The position numbers were made by a program, and so were the translations under genes. Under the pieces are notes generated by a model. It was given only the letters and a program-made list of their open reading frames with translations, did not search any database and was not told the origin of the DNA. Source: Eledone cirrhosa (Eukaryota). From it: a DNA stretch of 64,000 nt. Positions 40,393 through 53,337 of the stretch are shown in pieces. The stretch's first letter is position 1, and each line of letters starts with the position of its first letter. The stretch covers positions 336,226,001 to 336,290,000 of the forward strand of contig OZ024741.1 in the NCBI GenBank assembly GCA_964016885.1, written 5' to 3'.

Positions 40393-40638
40393 AATTGGAA
40401 GGGTATCCAGTTATAGAAAATTTACCAAACAAAGAATTAAGTGGAGTCTACGGCTATGTTAATGGCTCTAGTCCTGATGCCATGATTACATGCATCTAGT
40501 ACTCTCTGTAGAATGTGGGAATGTATGTAAGCACAATGGAGTCCTAATCGTGTTTGAGAGGTCAGTAAGTACTGACTTTGGAACAGTCCATCCAACCCTT
40601 ATTAGCAGGGTAAGCAGACATTAAATGATGATGATGAT
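40393..40638 (+). mobile_element. Decayed RTE-tail element with (GAT)n end
   Basis: TTGGAAGGGTATCCAGTTATAGAAA ... CCATCCAACCC ... GACATTAAATGATGATGATGAT, resembling the RTE 3' end at 60668-60840. Confidence 0.6.
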
Positions 40639-41104
40639 ATATCTACATATATATTTATATATATAACAATTTCTGTCTACTAAATTCCACTCACAAGACA
40701 TTGATAGACCAAAGATTACAGTGGAAAAATCTTGTTAAAGGTTCTATGCATTGCCATTTATCACAGAGCATGATGGTTACAAAATGAACTTCTTAACACA
40801 TCCATAGTTACATCTATAGAGTAGCAGAGATATGAGAAGTTGTAATATTCATGGCTTGCTCAAGAGTATATTAACAGTTGTAGTGGCCAAAATTAAAGTT
40901 GAGCTGTACTTGTGAGATGCACAGTTTAATACGCAACACATGCCACTAGAGCAACAATGGTCAACACATATTGGTTAAAAGAAATGGATGCTTTATAGTT
41001 AGAAAAGAAAGAAAGAGAGGAAGTAAGGAAGTAAAGACATCAAAGAAATATATGACATTATACCTTTAATATATGTACATCATCATCACACTTTCAGCAA
41101 CATT

Positions 41105-41291
41105 TGGTGGATTGGCAGTATCGATAGAGGGTCGGACGCCATGCTTTCCAGCATAGTTACGTCCCTTTATGGTCTGAGTTCAAATCCCACCGAGGTTGAC
41201 TTTGCCTTTCATCCTTACGGGGTCGATAAAATAAAGTACCAGTAATGTACTGGGTAATTGCTGGCCTTGTGCCTAAAGTAGAAACAATTAT
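41105..41291 (+). mobile_element. SINE (Meta-domain-like)
   Basis: B-box GAGTTCAAATCCC; core GACTTTGCCTTTCATCCTTACGGGGTCGATAAAATAAAGTACCAG; near reverse complement of 56888-57080. Confidence 0.8.
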
Positions 41292-41869
41292 TTTTGTGTT
41301 GACTTAGGTTGGACAGAACTTTCTGAGGCAACGTTTTACAGCCAGATGCCCTTCTTGCCACCAACCCTTTTTATTGCCTCATACATCTTGTAGGGATGTC
41401 TAATACAAATTTAGACAGTTTGGTGTTAAATGGGTTAATTTATCATAATGGTTAGATCTTATAGAGCCAGGGCTGTTTTCAGACAGATTGGTATCATAAT
41501 GGTTAGATCTCCTTTAAAATTAGAAATGGGATTATTCTTTTAGAGATGTAGAGTAAAATATGTCTTAGGTCTACAACACAATAACTGCTATGATTTGTAT
41601 ACTGTTCACTTTACCAGTGTATCTAATGGTTATGGCAATGATGATGGTGGGGGTGGAGGTAGTGGTGATGATGATGTGGTGGTAGTGGTGGTGATGATGA
41701 TGATGTTGATGATGGTGACAACTATAACAGTTTTTATGGCAAGTAATTCTAGCAATCATCTTAATAATATTTCCAAATTGAATTTAAAAAAAAGACGAAA
41801 CTAAAAAAAAGCTCTCTTAAAAAATTCTCATCTAGTTGGAGACAAGAACAGTTTAAAATACATTATTTG

Positions 41870-42050
41870 GAGTGGACACAGCATGACCAAATGATTTAAG
41901 AGTTTGACTGGCAATCATTAGGTCTCATGTTAAATCCCACTGCATGACATCATGAGCCAGTGTCATTTACCATATTCTCAGGTCAACCCAAGCCTGGTGA
42001 TTGATATTGGGTAGACAGAAACTGATTGGAAGCCTGTTTGGTGGACTGTA
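41870..42050 (+). mobile_element. Decayed tRNA-derived SINE
   Basis: Decayed A/B boxes followed by ...GGTAGACAGAAACTGA; related to minus-strand copies at ~40670-40805 and 59531-59685. Confidence 0.5.
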
Positions 42051-44844
42051 CCTATAATTCAAAAGGCTAATCATTTCACACACATAGTTATGCTGAATCT
42101 CCCTGAAAATGATGTTAAGGGTACTCATGTCTATCGAATGCTCAGCCACTTACATATTAATTTCATGAGAAGGCTGTATCATTGATCAAACAACTGCGAT
42201 ACACCTTGTTGAAGCGAATGGAACTCCATCCGATTTGCTGAGTAAATTTACTCTTAACATCCTGTACCACATGAAACCACATTAGAATGACATTCTGAAA
42301 AATTACAACACAACACTATGGCTGCATCACATAAAACACTAATGTCAATATTCTAATACTGCACATTTTCACAGCAATTTCTGCATCAGTAAAGATACTA
42401 TAAATGTTTGAATTAACAAACCTGTTTTTAGATATTTACTGTTAAATCATTAAATGATGTTAAAATGAAGTTACAATACAAAGTATGTTACTTTTATTAG
42501 CAATGGCTGGTAAAAAACATCATAACTGACTTTTTATTCCATCTTTTAGTGGTTTCAATCATTGAATTGGGGCCATGCAGGTGTACTATTTCATTTTTTT
42601 TTCTTTTTCGTTTTTCTATTTATTTATTTTACTTATTTTGAGGACTATTTCAAAATGGATTTACATTATTAGATATATTCTTAAAGTTTAACAATGCAAG
42701 GATTAAACCCCTTTGCCTAATTTATTCACGATTCCATTTGAAATAACATTTCAAGAAATCCTTACTGAAAATGCCCCTAAACCACAGGGGGTAAACAACC
42801 AAGTAACCTTCATGTTGTATTTAACCTTTTGAAATATGTGGAATATCCCCTAAAGAAAATATCTCCCACTTCCCACATACACACAGCTAAAAAAATAAAA
42901 AAAGAGACCAACATTTTATTTCAGTTTAATGAAATTATCGTCTTAGGATTGTTTTTTTCCTATGTAATTTCAATTATTCATTAATTCATCAACAGGGTTT
43001 TAGTTATTTACTAATAAAAGAAAATATTATTTGCTTCTGTCAAAAGGAAAGACGAGAGATTTTTCTGTTTTCCATTTCTTCTTAAAGTGCTCTGTAATAT
43101 AAGAGTTAACACAGTATTCTATGTTTCAATGGCGTCAGCCAAAAACACAATATCAAACTTTAAATGAAACCACAAATCATTTCATATAGTGACAGCTTTG
43201 AAAAAAATTCGTTGAAATGATTGACATCTCTGTGAGAAGGTCCTTGCTCAGCCAACATTTCTTTTTGTTAGCTTGTTATATTGATTGAAAACCTGCCGAT
43301 GGCAACATAGAAGACTGCTTGCAATATTGAATACAATGAAAAAGATTCTGTTCAATAAATCTAGATATTTTGTCTATACTTCTCAACACAACATATTTTT
43401 CTCTCCAATTAAATTAATTGCATTTTGCACAATTGTTTATTCAGAAAATTTTATCATGTCGGTGTCTTTTCTCTAATTTTCTAATTAGTTGGTATTCTTT
43501 CGCATATTTTCCACATGTTTTGATAAAATAAATAAATAAATAAAATAAAATAAAAGTCTAGAAGAAAAATTCAATAATGATTTTGCAACTTGACAGAATC
43601 AAGCAACAAAAAAAAGAAAGAAAAATATTAAAACAACAACAACAACAACATAGCCAATACTAAGAAGAAATCAATACTCCTTCCCCTGGTATTGATTATT
43701 GAATGGGAAACATATTTGTATTTCAGAAACGTTCCTCTCAGATATAAAATGGTTATTGTGAATTCTTTATATCAATTTTGTATAAAATTGCATTAGCAAG
43801 CAGTAGTGTCCTTACTACATGGACTTCGAAACCTTATAAATGTTTGTTTAAGACTATGAAAGCAACTTGACAGTGTATAGCTTTATTTCCTTACTTAATA
43901 GTTTTCTTTTAGTTGAAATGAAAATGATTTTTATTTGATAAAAATATTTCATATTATAAGTGACAATTTGACTATTGAAAAATTTACCATTTTATTTTAT
44001 AGTTTGTTAAAAAATTTAAAACACTAAGATAAGTGAGTCATATTTCTGTCTGCTTAACTTATAAGCAGCTCAAATTAGAGACATTGGTTTGGTTCCTTTT
44101 CATGTGACCTCTAGGCAGCCTGTCATTGGCTGTTATACACACACACAAAGCACACAACGCACACACACGCACACTACACACACCCTACTTGCTAAAACTA
44201 CAGGTCTCTCTCTCTCTCTCATATTCACACAACTCACATCAACAGCAGCAGTAACTGTATAACTCTACAGCAGGATACACATTTCATGTAAAAACTGACT
44301 GCAGAAGAAGATTTATTTGTTACAAGTAAGTTATCCGCTGTTTTTCATATTGCAACTTTTCACTATTAACACAGATGATGCATGTTATTTTATTTTTGTT
44401 TCAGTTCAATGCATGTTTATAATATTTTCTTTTTCTATACACCTTTTTCACTCTTCCTACCCACTCCCTACGTTTTTTAAAGTTTTATTCTAATCTAAAA
44501 ACTCTCAGCTAAACTATTACATTTAAGTGTATAAATGTTTATAATTTATCTTTGCAGTTGTTTTTACAATTATTGTTTATAAAATCAATATTGGTATAAT
44601 GAAGATATTTGTTGTTGAGACTAGATAAAAAGTAATTTTAAAAAATTAAACTGATATATACGAGGAAAAATTTCAGATGAAAAACAATAAGAAAAACTAT
44701 TCATTTTCAAAGAAATGAGAATATATTTTAACTGAAAATTATAACAACTTGTTTCCCCCAAACATAATTTGACAGTTATACTATTAATAAAGTTGATATA
44801 AATGTGGAATGAAAGAAGAAAAAAAAAATTGAAAGAAATATTAG

Positions 44845-45070
44845 GGTTAGAACAGGGTCTTTCTGGTTTCCTAAAATTATTTCTGTTTGCAATATATTTC
44901 ATTATATATACTTTACATTCTAAGTTCAAATCCTGCCAAGGTTAGCTTTCTATTTCATCCTTACAGGGTTGATAAAATAAAATACCAGTAATAGACTGCA
45001 GTCAATTTAATCAACTTTCCCCTCTCTCAAAATTGTTGGTCTTGTGCCTTAATCAGAAACCATTATTATA
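44845..45070 (+). mobile_element. SINE (Meta-domain-like), decayed
   Basis: AAGTTCAAATCC ... TTTCATCCTTACAGGGTTGATAAAATAAA ... AGAAACCATTATTA, as in the 22.2-23.4 kb copies. Confidence 0.7.
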
Positions 45071-45189
45071 TATTTCCACTGGGTACTATAATATTTATAC
45101 TATGTTAAAACACTTTGTGTAAAGTTGGCAATTATAAACTTATACTACCTTTAGAAAATGTATAGATATTCACACAAACATACACTTAT

Positions 45190-45667
45190 AAAAACACAGG
45201 TGTTCAGTTATATAAACACGCATCAACACACTCTTAGATACACATGCTCACACACACAGGTGTACATTTATATAAACACGCATCAACACACTCTTAGATA
45301 CACGCACACACACAAACACACACAGGATTTTATTTATATAAACACACATCAACATACACACACATGCACACATACACACAGGTGTTCATTTATATAAACA
45401 CTCTTCAACACATACACACACACAGGTGTACATTTATATAAACTCACATCAACATATACATACATACACACACACAGGTGTACATTTATATAAACTCACA
45501 TCAACACATACATACATACACACACACAGGTAACATTTATATAAACTCACATCAACACATACATACATACACACACAGGTGTACATTTATATAAACTCAC
45601 ATCAACACATACATACACACACACAGGTGTACATTTATATAAACTCACATCAACACATACATACATA
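45190..45667. repeat. ~50-60-bp CA-rich minisatellite
   Basis: Repeating CACACAGGTGTACATTTATATAAACTCACATCAACACATAC with variable (CA)n. Confidence 0.9.
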
Positions 45668-45713
45668 GAGTTACCCTGTACAGTTTCAGAACATTTTATT
45701 TTTATTTTCATTG

Positions 45714-46908
45714 CAAGTTAACAATAGTGTGTCAGAGAACGTAACACACTCACCAAGTTAACAATAGTGTGTCAGAGAACGTAACACACTCACCAAGTTT
45801 ACAATAGTGTGACAGAGAACGTAACACATTCACCAAGTTTACAATAGTGTGACAGAGAACGTAACACACTCACCAAGTTAACAATAGTGTGAGAGAGAAC
45901 GTAACACACTCACCAAGTTTACAATAGTGTGACAGAGAACGTAACACACTCACCAAGTTTACAATAGTGTGACAGAGAACGTAACACACTCACCAAGTTA
46001 ACAATAGTGTGACAGAGAACGTAACACACTCACCAAGTTAACAACAGTGTGTCAGAGAACGTAACACACTCACCAAGTTAACAATAGTGTGACAGAGAAC
46101 GTAACACATTCACCAAGTTAACAATAGTGTGACAGAGAACGTAACACACTCACCAAGTTTACAATAGTGTGAGAGAGAACGTAACACACTCACCAAGTTA
46201 ACAATAGTGTGTCAGAGAACGTAACACACTCACCAAGTTAACAATAGTGTGAGAGAGAACGTAACACACTCACCAAGTTTACAATAGTGTGACAGAGAAC
46301 GTAACACACTCACCAAGTTAACAATAGTGTGTCAGAGAACGTAACACACTCACCAAGTTAACAATAGTGTGTCAGAGAACGTAACACACTCACCAAGTTT
46401 ACAATAGTGTGACAGAGAACGTAACACACTCACCAAGTTAACAATAGTGTGTCAGAGAACGTAACACACTCACCAAGTTAACAATAGTGTGTCAGAGAAC
46501 GTAACACACTCACCAAGTTTACAATAGTGTGACAGAGAACGTAACACACTCACCAAGTTTACAATAGTGTGACAGAGAACGTAACACACTCACCAAGTTA
46601 ATAATAGTGTGAGAGAGAACGTAACACACTCACCAAGTTAACAATAGTGTGTCAGAGAACGTAACACACTCACCAAGTTAACAATAGTGTGAGAGAGAAC
46701 GTAACACACTCAACAAGTTTACAATAGTGTGACAGAGAACGTAACACACTCACCAAGTTAACAATAGTGTGACAGAGAACGTAACACACTCACCAAGTTA
46801 ACAATAGTGTGACAGAACGTAACACACTCACTAAGTTAACAATAGTGTGACAGAGAACGTAACACACTCACCAAGTTAACAATAGTGTGACAGAGAACAC
46901 ACTCACAA
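45714..46908. repeat. 40-bp minisatellite, ~30 copies
   Basis: Unit CAAGTTWACAATAGTGTGACAGAGAACGTAACACACTCAC, highly homogeneous. Confidence 0.98.
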
Positions 46909-47010
46909 ACTTTAAACACAAAGACACAGTTATTAAACATAGCAACTCTCTTAAATGTTCTGCTATAAGAGCATTATAATTATATTTATATACTATTTAG
47001 GTATTTATTT

Positions 47011-47330
47011 AATCAATTTAAACGTCAGTATAGAGCTAGTAAGCCATGACAGACTAGGAAAAGTGCTTAGTACCTCTTACAGTTGAGAAACAAATCAGTT
47101 TAAATGTCTGTATAGAGCTAGTAAGCTATGGCATATTAGGAGAAGTGACTATTAACTCTTATAGTTGAGTAACAAATGAATTTAAATGTCTGCAGAGAGC
47201 TAGTAAGCTATGACAGATTAGGGGAAGCGCCTAGTATCTCTTACAGTTAAGAAACAAATCAATTTAAATGTCTGTATAGAGCTAGTAAGCCATGACATGT
47301 TAGGGAAGTACCTAGTACTTCTTACAGTTT
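47011..47330. repeat. 82-bp tandem repeat x4
   Basis: AGAGCTAGTAAGC recurs near 47031, 47113, 47195 and 47277. Confidence 0.9.
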
Positions 47331-47855
47331 AAAACGAAACAAAAAAATTAGATACACATAGATAAGTAAATATAAAAATATATATTAAATTTTTTAAAAA
47401 TAACAATATTAAAAGAAAAGAAAATATTAAAATATAAAATATAAAATAAAACAAATAGTTAAACTATGTAATTCTATGTAACAATAGCTGTTTTTATTTA
47501 ATATTTTCTCAGTTTAGTTTGAAGTGAATAACTATCATATGTCTAATTTTATCAAACATGCTGTGATAATTCTCTGAAATTGTGAACTGTAATAATTGAA
47601 ATAATGCAAAAATAGTAAAGAATTGTAAAGAAATATTAATTCATCGATTAAACATTATTTTAAATTAACAAGAATAGACTAGAGTATATTTATACTTATA
47701 TATACTCACAGATGTAACTTCTTAGTATGCATGCCTCTCTATAAAAGTCTCTCTATATATATATCTATGTAAAAGGTAAACAGAAATAACAACACAATCG
47801 GTACAGTATATGGAAGGTATATATTAGGTTACCGCTTGATATAGCAGGAAGAGGG

Positions 47856-47891
47856 TCTTAACGTTTCGGACGCTAGTCCTTCATCAGAAGA
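47856..47891 (-). ncRNA. Minimal type-I hammerhead ribozyme motif (Penelope-like element type)
   Basis: Minus strand: UCUU-CUGAUGA-A-GGAC(UAGC)GUCC-GAAA-CG-UU-AAGA, giving both core boxes, a 4-bp stem II, stem I UCUU/AAGA and palindromic ACGU in place of stem III. Confidence 0.7.
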
Positions 47892-47929
47892 AAGAATGAG
47901 AAATAAAATAGATTGAGGTAACGGGCGGG

Positions 47930-47965
<36 letters not shown>

Positions 47966-48050
47966 AGAAGTTCTATTTAAATTGTTGGGATACAACAAGC
48001 AAATATTTTTATAACTGATATAAAGCACTCAACAAATTATTGGAGTAAAA

Positions 48051-48402
48051 ATACGATATATTAACAAATGGAAACTATATTTATAAAACCATATTTATTT
48101 CATTATACATATTTCAAGGACACCAAGTTAAATTATGGTGTGCTTTCATCAGATAAAATATAATATAGATCAGTTTTATAAATAAATATTGACATACCCT
48201 TAAAGAATGCGACAATTTCTGTTGGAAGCTCCGGGAGCTTCCAACAGAAATTGTCGCATTCTTTAAGGGTATGTCAATATTTATTTATAAACTGATCTAT
48301 ATTATATTTTATCTGAAGAAAGCACACCATAATTTAACTTGGTGTCTTTTTATAATGAAAAAATATGGTTTTATAAATATAGTTTCCATTTGTTAATATA
48401 TC

Positions 48403-48406
<4 letters not shown>
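48051..48406. repeat. ~355-bp near-perfect palindrome centred at 48233
   Basis: Centre GTTGGAAGCTCC-G-GGAGCTTCCAAC; the arms match out to ATACGATATA / TATATCGTAT with a short deletion in the right arm. Confidence 0.97.
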
Positions 48407-48454
<48 letters not shown>

Positions 48455-49420
48455 ATATATATATATACACATCCAAGCTTGTGTATGTATACAAACATGA
48501 GCACATATATATGTATGTATAATATATTTATGTGCATGTATATATTTAGATGAGTGTGTATGTCTCAGTATATATATATGTGTGTGTGTATACATATATA
48601 TGTATGTATATATGTATGTATATTTATATATGTATATGTTTATATATGTCTCTATGTGTGTGTATATATATATATGTGTATATAAACATGTATATATATG
48701 TTTATATGTATATATATGTATATGTATATATATATATGTGTATATGTATATATGATGGGTTATATATATATATGTGTGTATATATATATGTACATATATA
48801 TGTGTATATATATATATATGTGTGTATATATATATGTATGTGTGTATAAATATATATATGCATATATATATGTATGTATAAATATATATATATGTGTGTG
48901 TATATGTATATATATATAGGCATGTATATATATGTGCGTATATGTATGTATATATATATAGGTATGTATATATATATATGTATATATGTATGTATATATG
49001 TATATATATATGTGTGTGTATACATATATAGGTATATATATATATATGTATATATGTATGTATATATGTATATATATATGTGTGTGTATACATATATAGG
49101 TATATATATATATAGGTATGTATACATATATAGGTATATATATATATATAGGTATGTATATATAGGTATGTATATATATATATAGGTATATATATATAGG
49201 TCTATATATATATATATATATAATTAGGTCTATATATATATATATATATAGTAATAATAATAAATGTGAAGACTAAAATCCAAAGTGGGCTCGATAAGGA
49301 TAAATATATATCGAATATATAAGAACCCTATATGTACACATATATATATATATATATGTATATGTATATGTTTATATATATATGTATATGTATATATGTA
49401 TATATATATATGTGTATATA

Positions 49421-49452
<32 letters not shown>

Positions 49453-49472
49453 CATATGTATATATATATATG

Positions 49473-49504
<32 letters not shown>

Positions 49505-49626
49505 TATACATATGTATATATATATATGTATATATATATATGTATATATATATATGTATATATATATATGTATATATATATATGTATATATATATATGTA
49601 TATATATATATGTATATATATATATG

Positions 49627-49692
<66 letters not shown>

Positions 49693-49739
49693 TATGTATA
49701 TATATATGTATATATATGTATATATATATGTATATATAT

Positions 49740-49792
<53 letters not shown>

Positions 49793-49800
49793 GAGAGAGA
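48407..49800. repeat. Compound (TA)/(TG)/(GA) microsatellite field
   Basis: ~1.4 kb of TA/TATG repeats ending in (GA)n. Confidence 0.95.
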
Positions 49801-49949
49801 GTAATACACAGACATATGCACAAACACACACTCATATGCCATTATACATACTAACATATACAACAAGAACATACACATATTGACATATGTATTACCTTAT
49901 CTGATATGTTTCCACATTTTGAAACAATGTGACTGACTATAACTAGATG

Positions 49950-50800
49950 GTCGCTAAGATGTGCTAGATATAGCAGTCACATCTCTCTCATATCACACCC
50001 CATTGGATTGACACATTCCTATATGTTAAGCATCAATATAATGGTTAGAGCATCCAAATTTCTCTCATATCACACCCCATTGGATGATGTGCTCCTAGAT
50101 ATTAAGCCAATATAATGCAATGGTTAGAGCAGCCACTTTTCGCTCATATAACACTCTATTGGATGATGTAGTCCTAGATAATAAGCTAATAACATGTTCT
50201 AGATATAGCAGTCATATCTCCCTCATATAACACCCCATTGGATGAGGTGGCCCTAGATGTTAACCTAACATGTGCTAGATATAGCAGTCAAATCTCCCTC
50301 ATATCACACCCTATTGGATTATGTGGTCCTTGATGTTAAGCTAAGATGTGCTAGCTATAGCAGTCATATCTCCCTCATATCACACCCTATTGGATTATGT
50401 GGTCCTTGATGTTAACCTAACATGTGATAGATATAGCACTCACATCTCCTTCATATCACATCACATTGGATGAGGTGGCCCTAGATGTTAACCTAACATG
50501 TGCTGGATATAGCAGTCACATCTCCCTCATATCACACCTCATTAGATGAGGGGGTCTTGAATCTTAATCTTAGATGTGCTAGATATAGCAGTCAAATCTC
50601 CCTCATATAACACTCATTGGATTATGTGGTCCAAAATGTTAAGCTAGTAACTCATATCAAAACCCATTGGATGAGATTATCCTAGATATTAGCTAATAAG
50701 ATGTGCTAGATATAGCAGTCAAAACTGCCTCATATCACACTCCATTTGATGATGTTGGTCATAGATGTTAAGCTAATAAGATAAAATGGTTAGAGCAGGA
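49950..50800. repeat. ~76-bp minisatellite, ~11 diverged copies
   Basis: ATAGCA recurs at 50281, 50357 and 50433; unit TGTGCTAGATATAGCAGTCAAATCTCCCTCATATCACACCCYATTGGATKATGTGGTCCTAGATGTTAA. Confidence 0.9.
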
Positions 50801-50864
50801 AAATCTTTGACTATGTATATATCTGCTGAATCAGAAAGAACTTGTGGCTATACTAGAACATTGT

Positions 50865-51410
50865 CTACACACACACATATGCACTGATTGACACACACAC
50901 ACACATATATGCACTGACTGACACACACACACACACACAGATATGCACTGACTGACACACACACACACTCATTTCACTATCACACAACACTCACCCTCTA
51001 TTGACACCCACTTCACTGTCACACACACACACACTCTCTCTCTCACTCCACTTACACAAACATACACACACACACACACACATTCTCACTCCATTCATAT
51101 ATTCTTAATTTGCACACACACTCACTCACACACTCTCTCACACACTTATTCTTCACACACACACTCCCACACACACAAACACTCACACACACTCACTCCA
51201 CTTTCTCACTCTCACACACACACACATTCTCTCACTTCACACACACTCACTAACTCCACTGTTACACACACTCGAGAGAGAAGGAAAGAGATAGACATAG
51301 AAATATAGAGATGGAAGAGGGTGTTAATGAGGAACTGAGAGAGAGAGAGAGAGAACGAGAGAGAATGTTGTTAGTGGAGTGGAAGAGAGAGAGAGAGAGA
51401 GAGAGAGAGT
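50865..51410. repeat. (CA)n then (GA)n low-complexity tract
   Basis: Degenerate CA/CT repeats followed by AG repeats. Confidence 0.85.
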
Positions 51411-51599
51411 GTTAGAGGCGGGAGGGGGGGGGGTTCTTGTAGTTTTTTGTAAGTTTTGTTTAAATCATGTTTTCACATGACAACAGATAATGTAAGACTG
51501 ATGATGGTGGTGGTGGTGTGACAACAACCACAGCAATGCTAATGGTAACAACAACGGATAATATGACAGTAGTGGTGGTGATGGTGGCGGTGATGGTAG

Positions 51600-51958
51600 T
51601 AGTGTGACAACAACAACAACAGCAATGTCAAATAACAACAATAGTAGTGTTAATAAAAACAATAACAACAACAACAACAGTAGTGTCAATAAAAATAACA
51701 ACAACAACAACAACAACTGTGTCAATAAAAACAACAACAACAGTAGTGTTAATAAGAACAACAACATTAACAATATTAACAACAAAAATAGTAGTGAACA
51801 ACAACAACAGTAGCAGTTTCAATAACAGCAACAACAATAGTAGTGTCAATAACAACAGTAGCATTATCAATAATAACAACAACACCAACATCAGTAGAAC
51901 TGTCAATAACTACAACAACAACAACAGTAGCTGTGTCAATAACAACAACAACAACATC
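51600..51958. repeat. (AAC)n-rich tract
   Basis: AAC/AAT runs punctuated by AGTAGTGTCAAT. Confidence 0.9.
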
Positions 51959-52941
51959 ATATGCTGCAGCTCTAGTGACTAGGGACAATTTTAATATTGT
52001 TTTCTTGTGATTACCTCTCTATTCACAGAAGTTGCTTATCAGGATTTATTTATTTATTTATTGCATTTTTGCAATGTAGGAACTGTGTTTCTCTCACGCC
52101 TACATCACAACGAACCCCCCATGCACGCACCCACCTACCTTCACCACACCCACCACACCTCCATGTTTTTTTTCTCTTCCTTTCCAAAATAATTTCAAAT
52201 ACTTATATGCATCAGTCTATCATATTATCATCACCTACCTCCCTTCCTACTTACCTACATACCTACCTCCCTCCCTCCCTCCCTATTTTACCTATATTAC
52301 TTCCCTCACCTCCCCTCACTCCTTCTTCCATTTTTCCTCATCAAAAGCAAGAAAGAAATGAAAAAAAGAAAAAAACAACTAAACAAAACAAAAAGTAATA
52401 ACAAAACAAAAAATAAATATAAATAACAACAACAGCAACTAAACAAATAAAACAAAAAATAATAAAAAAAAAAAAAATATTATTAACAACAACAACAATA
52501 ACAACAGCAGCTAAAAAAAAAAATAAAACCTCACTTGCCAATAATATTTCTTATTTTTCCTGATTACTTCCATAAATCTATGTTTTTTTCCTCCCCGAAC
52601 AACCCACCCAACTCCACCAGGGCTATACAACTACACACTTCACTCACTACAGTACAGAATATTGCTTTTATCAGTTCACAGAAGCACTGCATCTTCAGAT
52701 TATTTCATATCGCTGTTTTATTTCAACATTTTTTTAGGGTGGAGGGGTGTGTGTGTGTGTGTTATGTGTGTGTTATCTCTTATTAATTTTGCTGCTATAA
52801 TATTTGTTACAGTTGTTGTTGTTGCTGCTGTTAGTGTTGTTGTTGTAGCTGTAATCAGAAATATGATTTTTTTTTTTTTTTTACATTCACTACATATTTT
52901 ATGTAGCATATTATCATCATTATTATTATTAATATTATTAC

Positions 52942-52985
<44 letters not shown>

Positions 52986-53276
52986 TTCTGATTGCTATAT
53001 GCTATTGTTATTTTCCTTATTGCTAATGTTTATTTTTTATGATAATGATTATTATTAATCTATTATTATTATTATTATTATTTACTATTACTATTTACTC
53101 ATATTATTATTTTTGTTGTTGTTATTAGTAGTAGTAGTATTAATGATGGTAATAGTAGCATTAATGATATTGTTGTTTTTCTTCTGTTTATTATTTAATT
53201 TTTCCTGTTCCCTCCCCCATTCCCCACCACCACCATTTCAATAACATAGTTTTTTCATTTGTTTTATATGTGTGTG

Positions 53277-53337
<61 letters not shown>

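Noticed and set aside
45714-46908. CRISPR-like array with palindromic repeat
   Set aside because: Units are contiguous with no variable spacers.
48334-49883. YI/YT-repeat ORFs (also at 26.3, 36.9 and 39.5 kb)
   Set aside because: Translations of TA/TG microsatellites.
51465-51988. Asn/Thr/Leu/Val-rich ORFs
   Set aside because: Translations of (AAC)n repeats.
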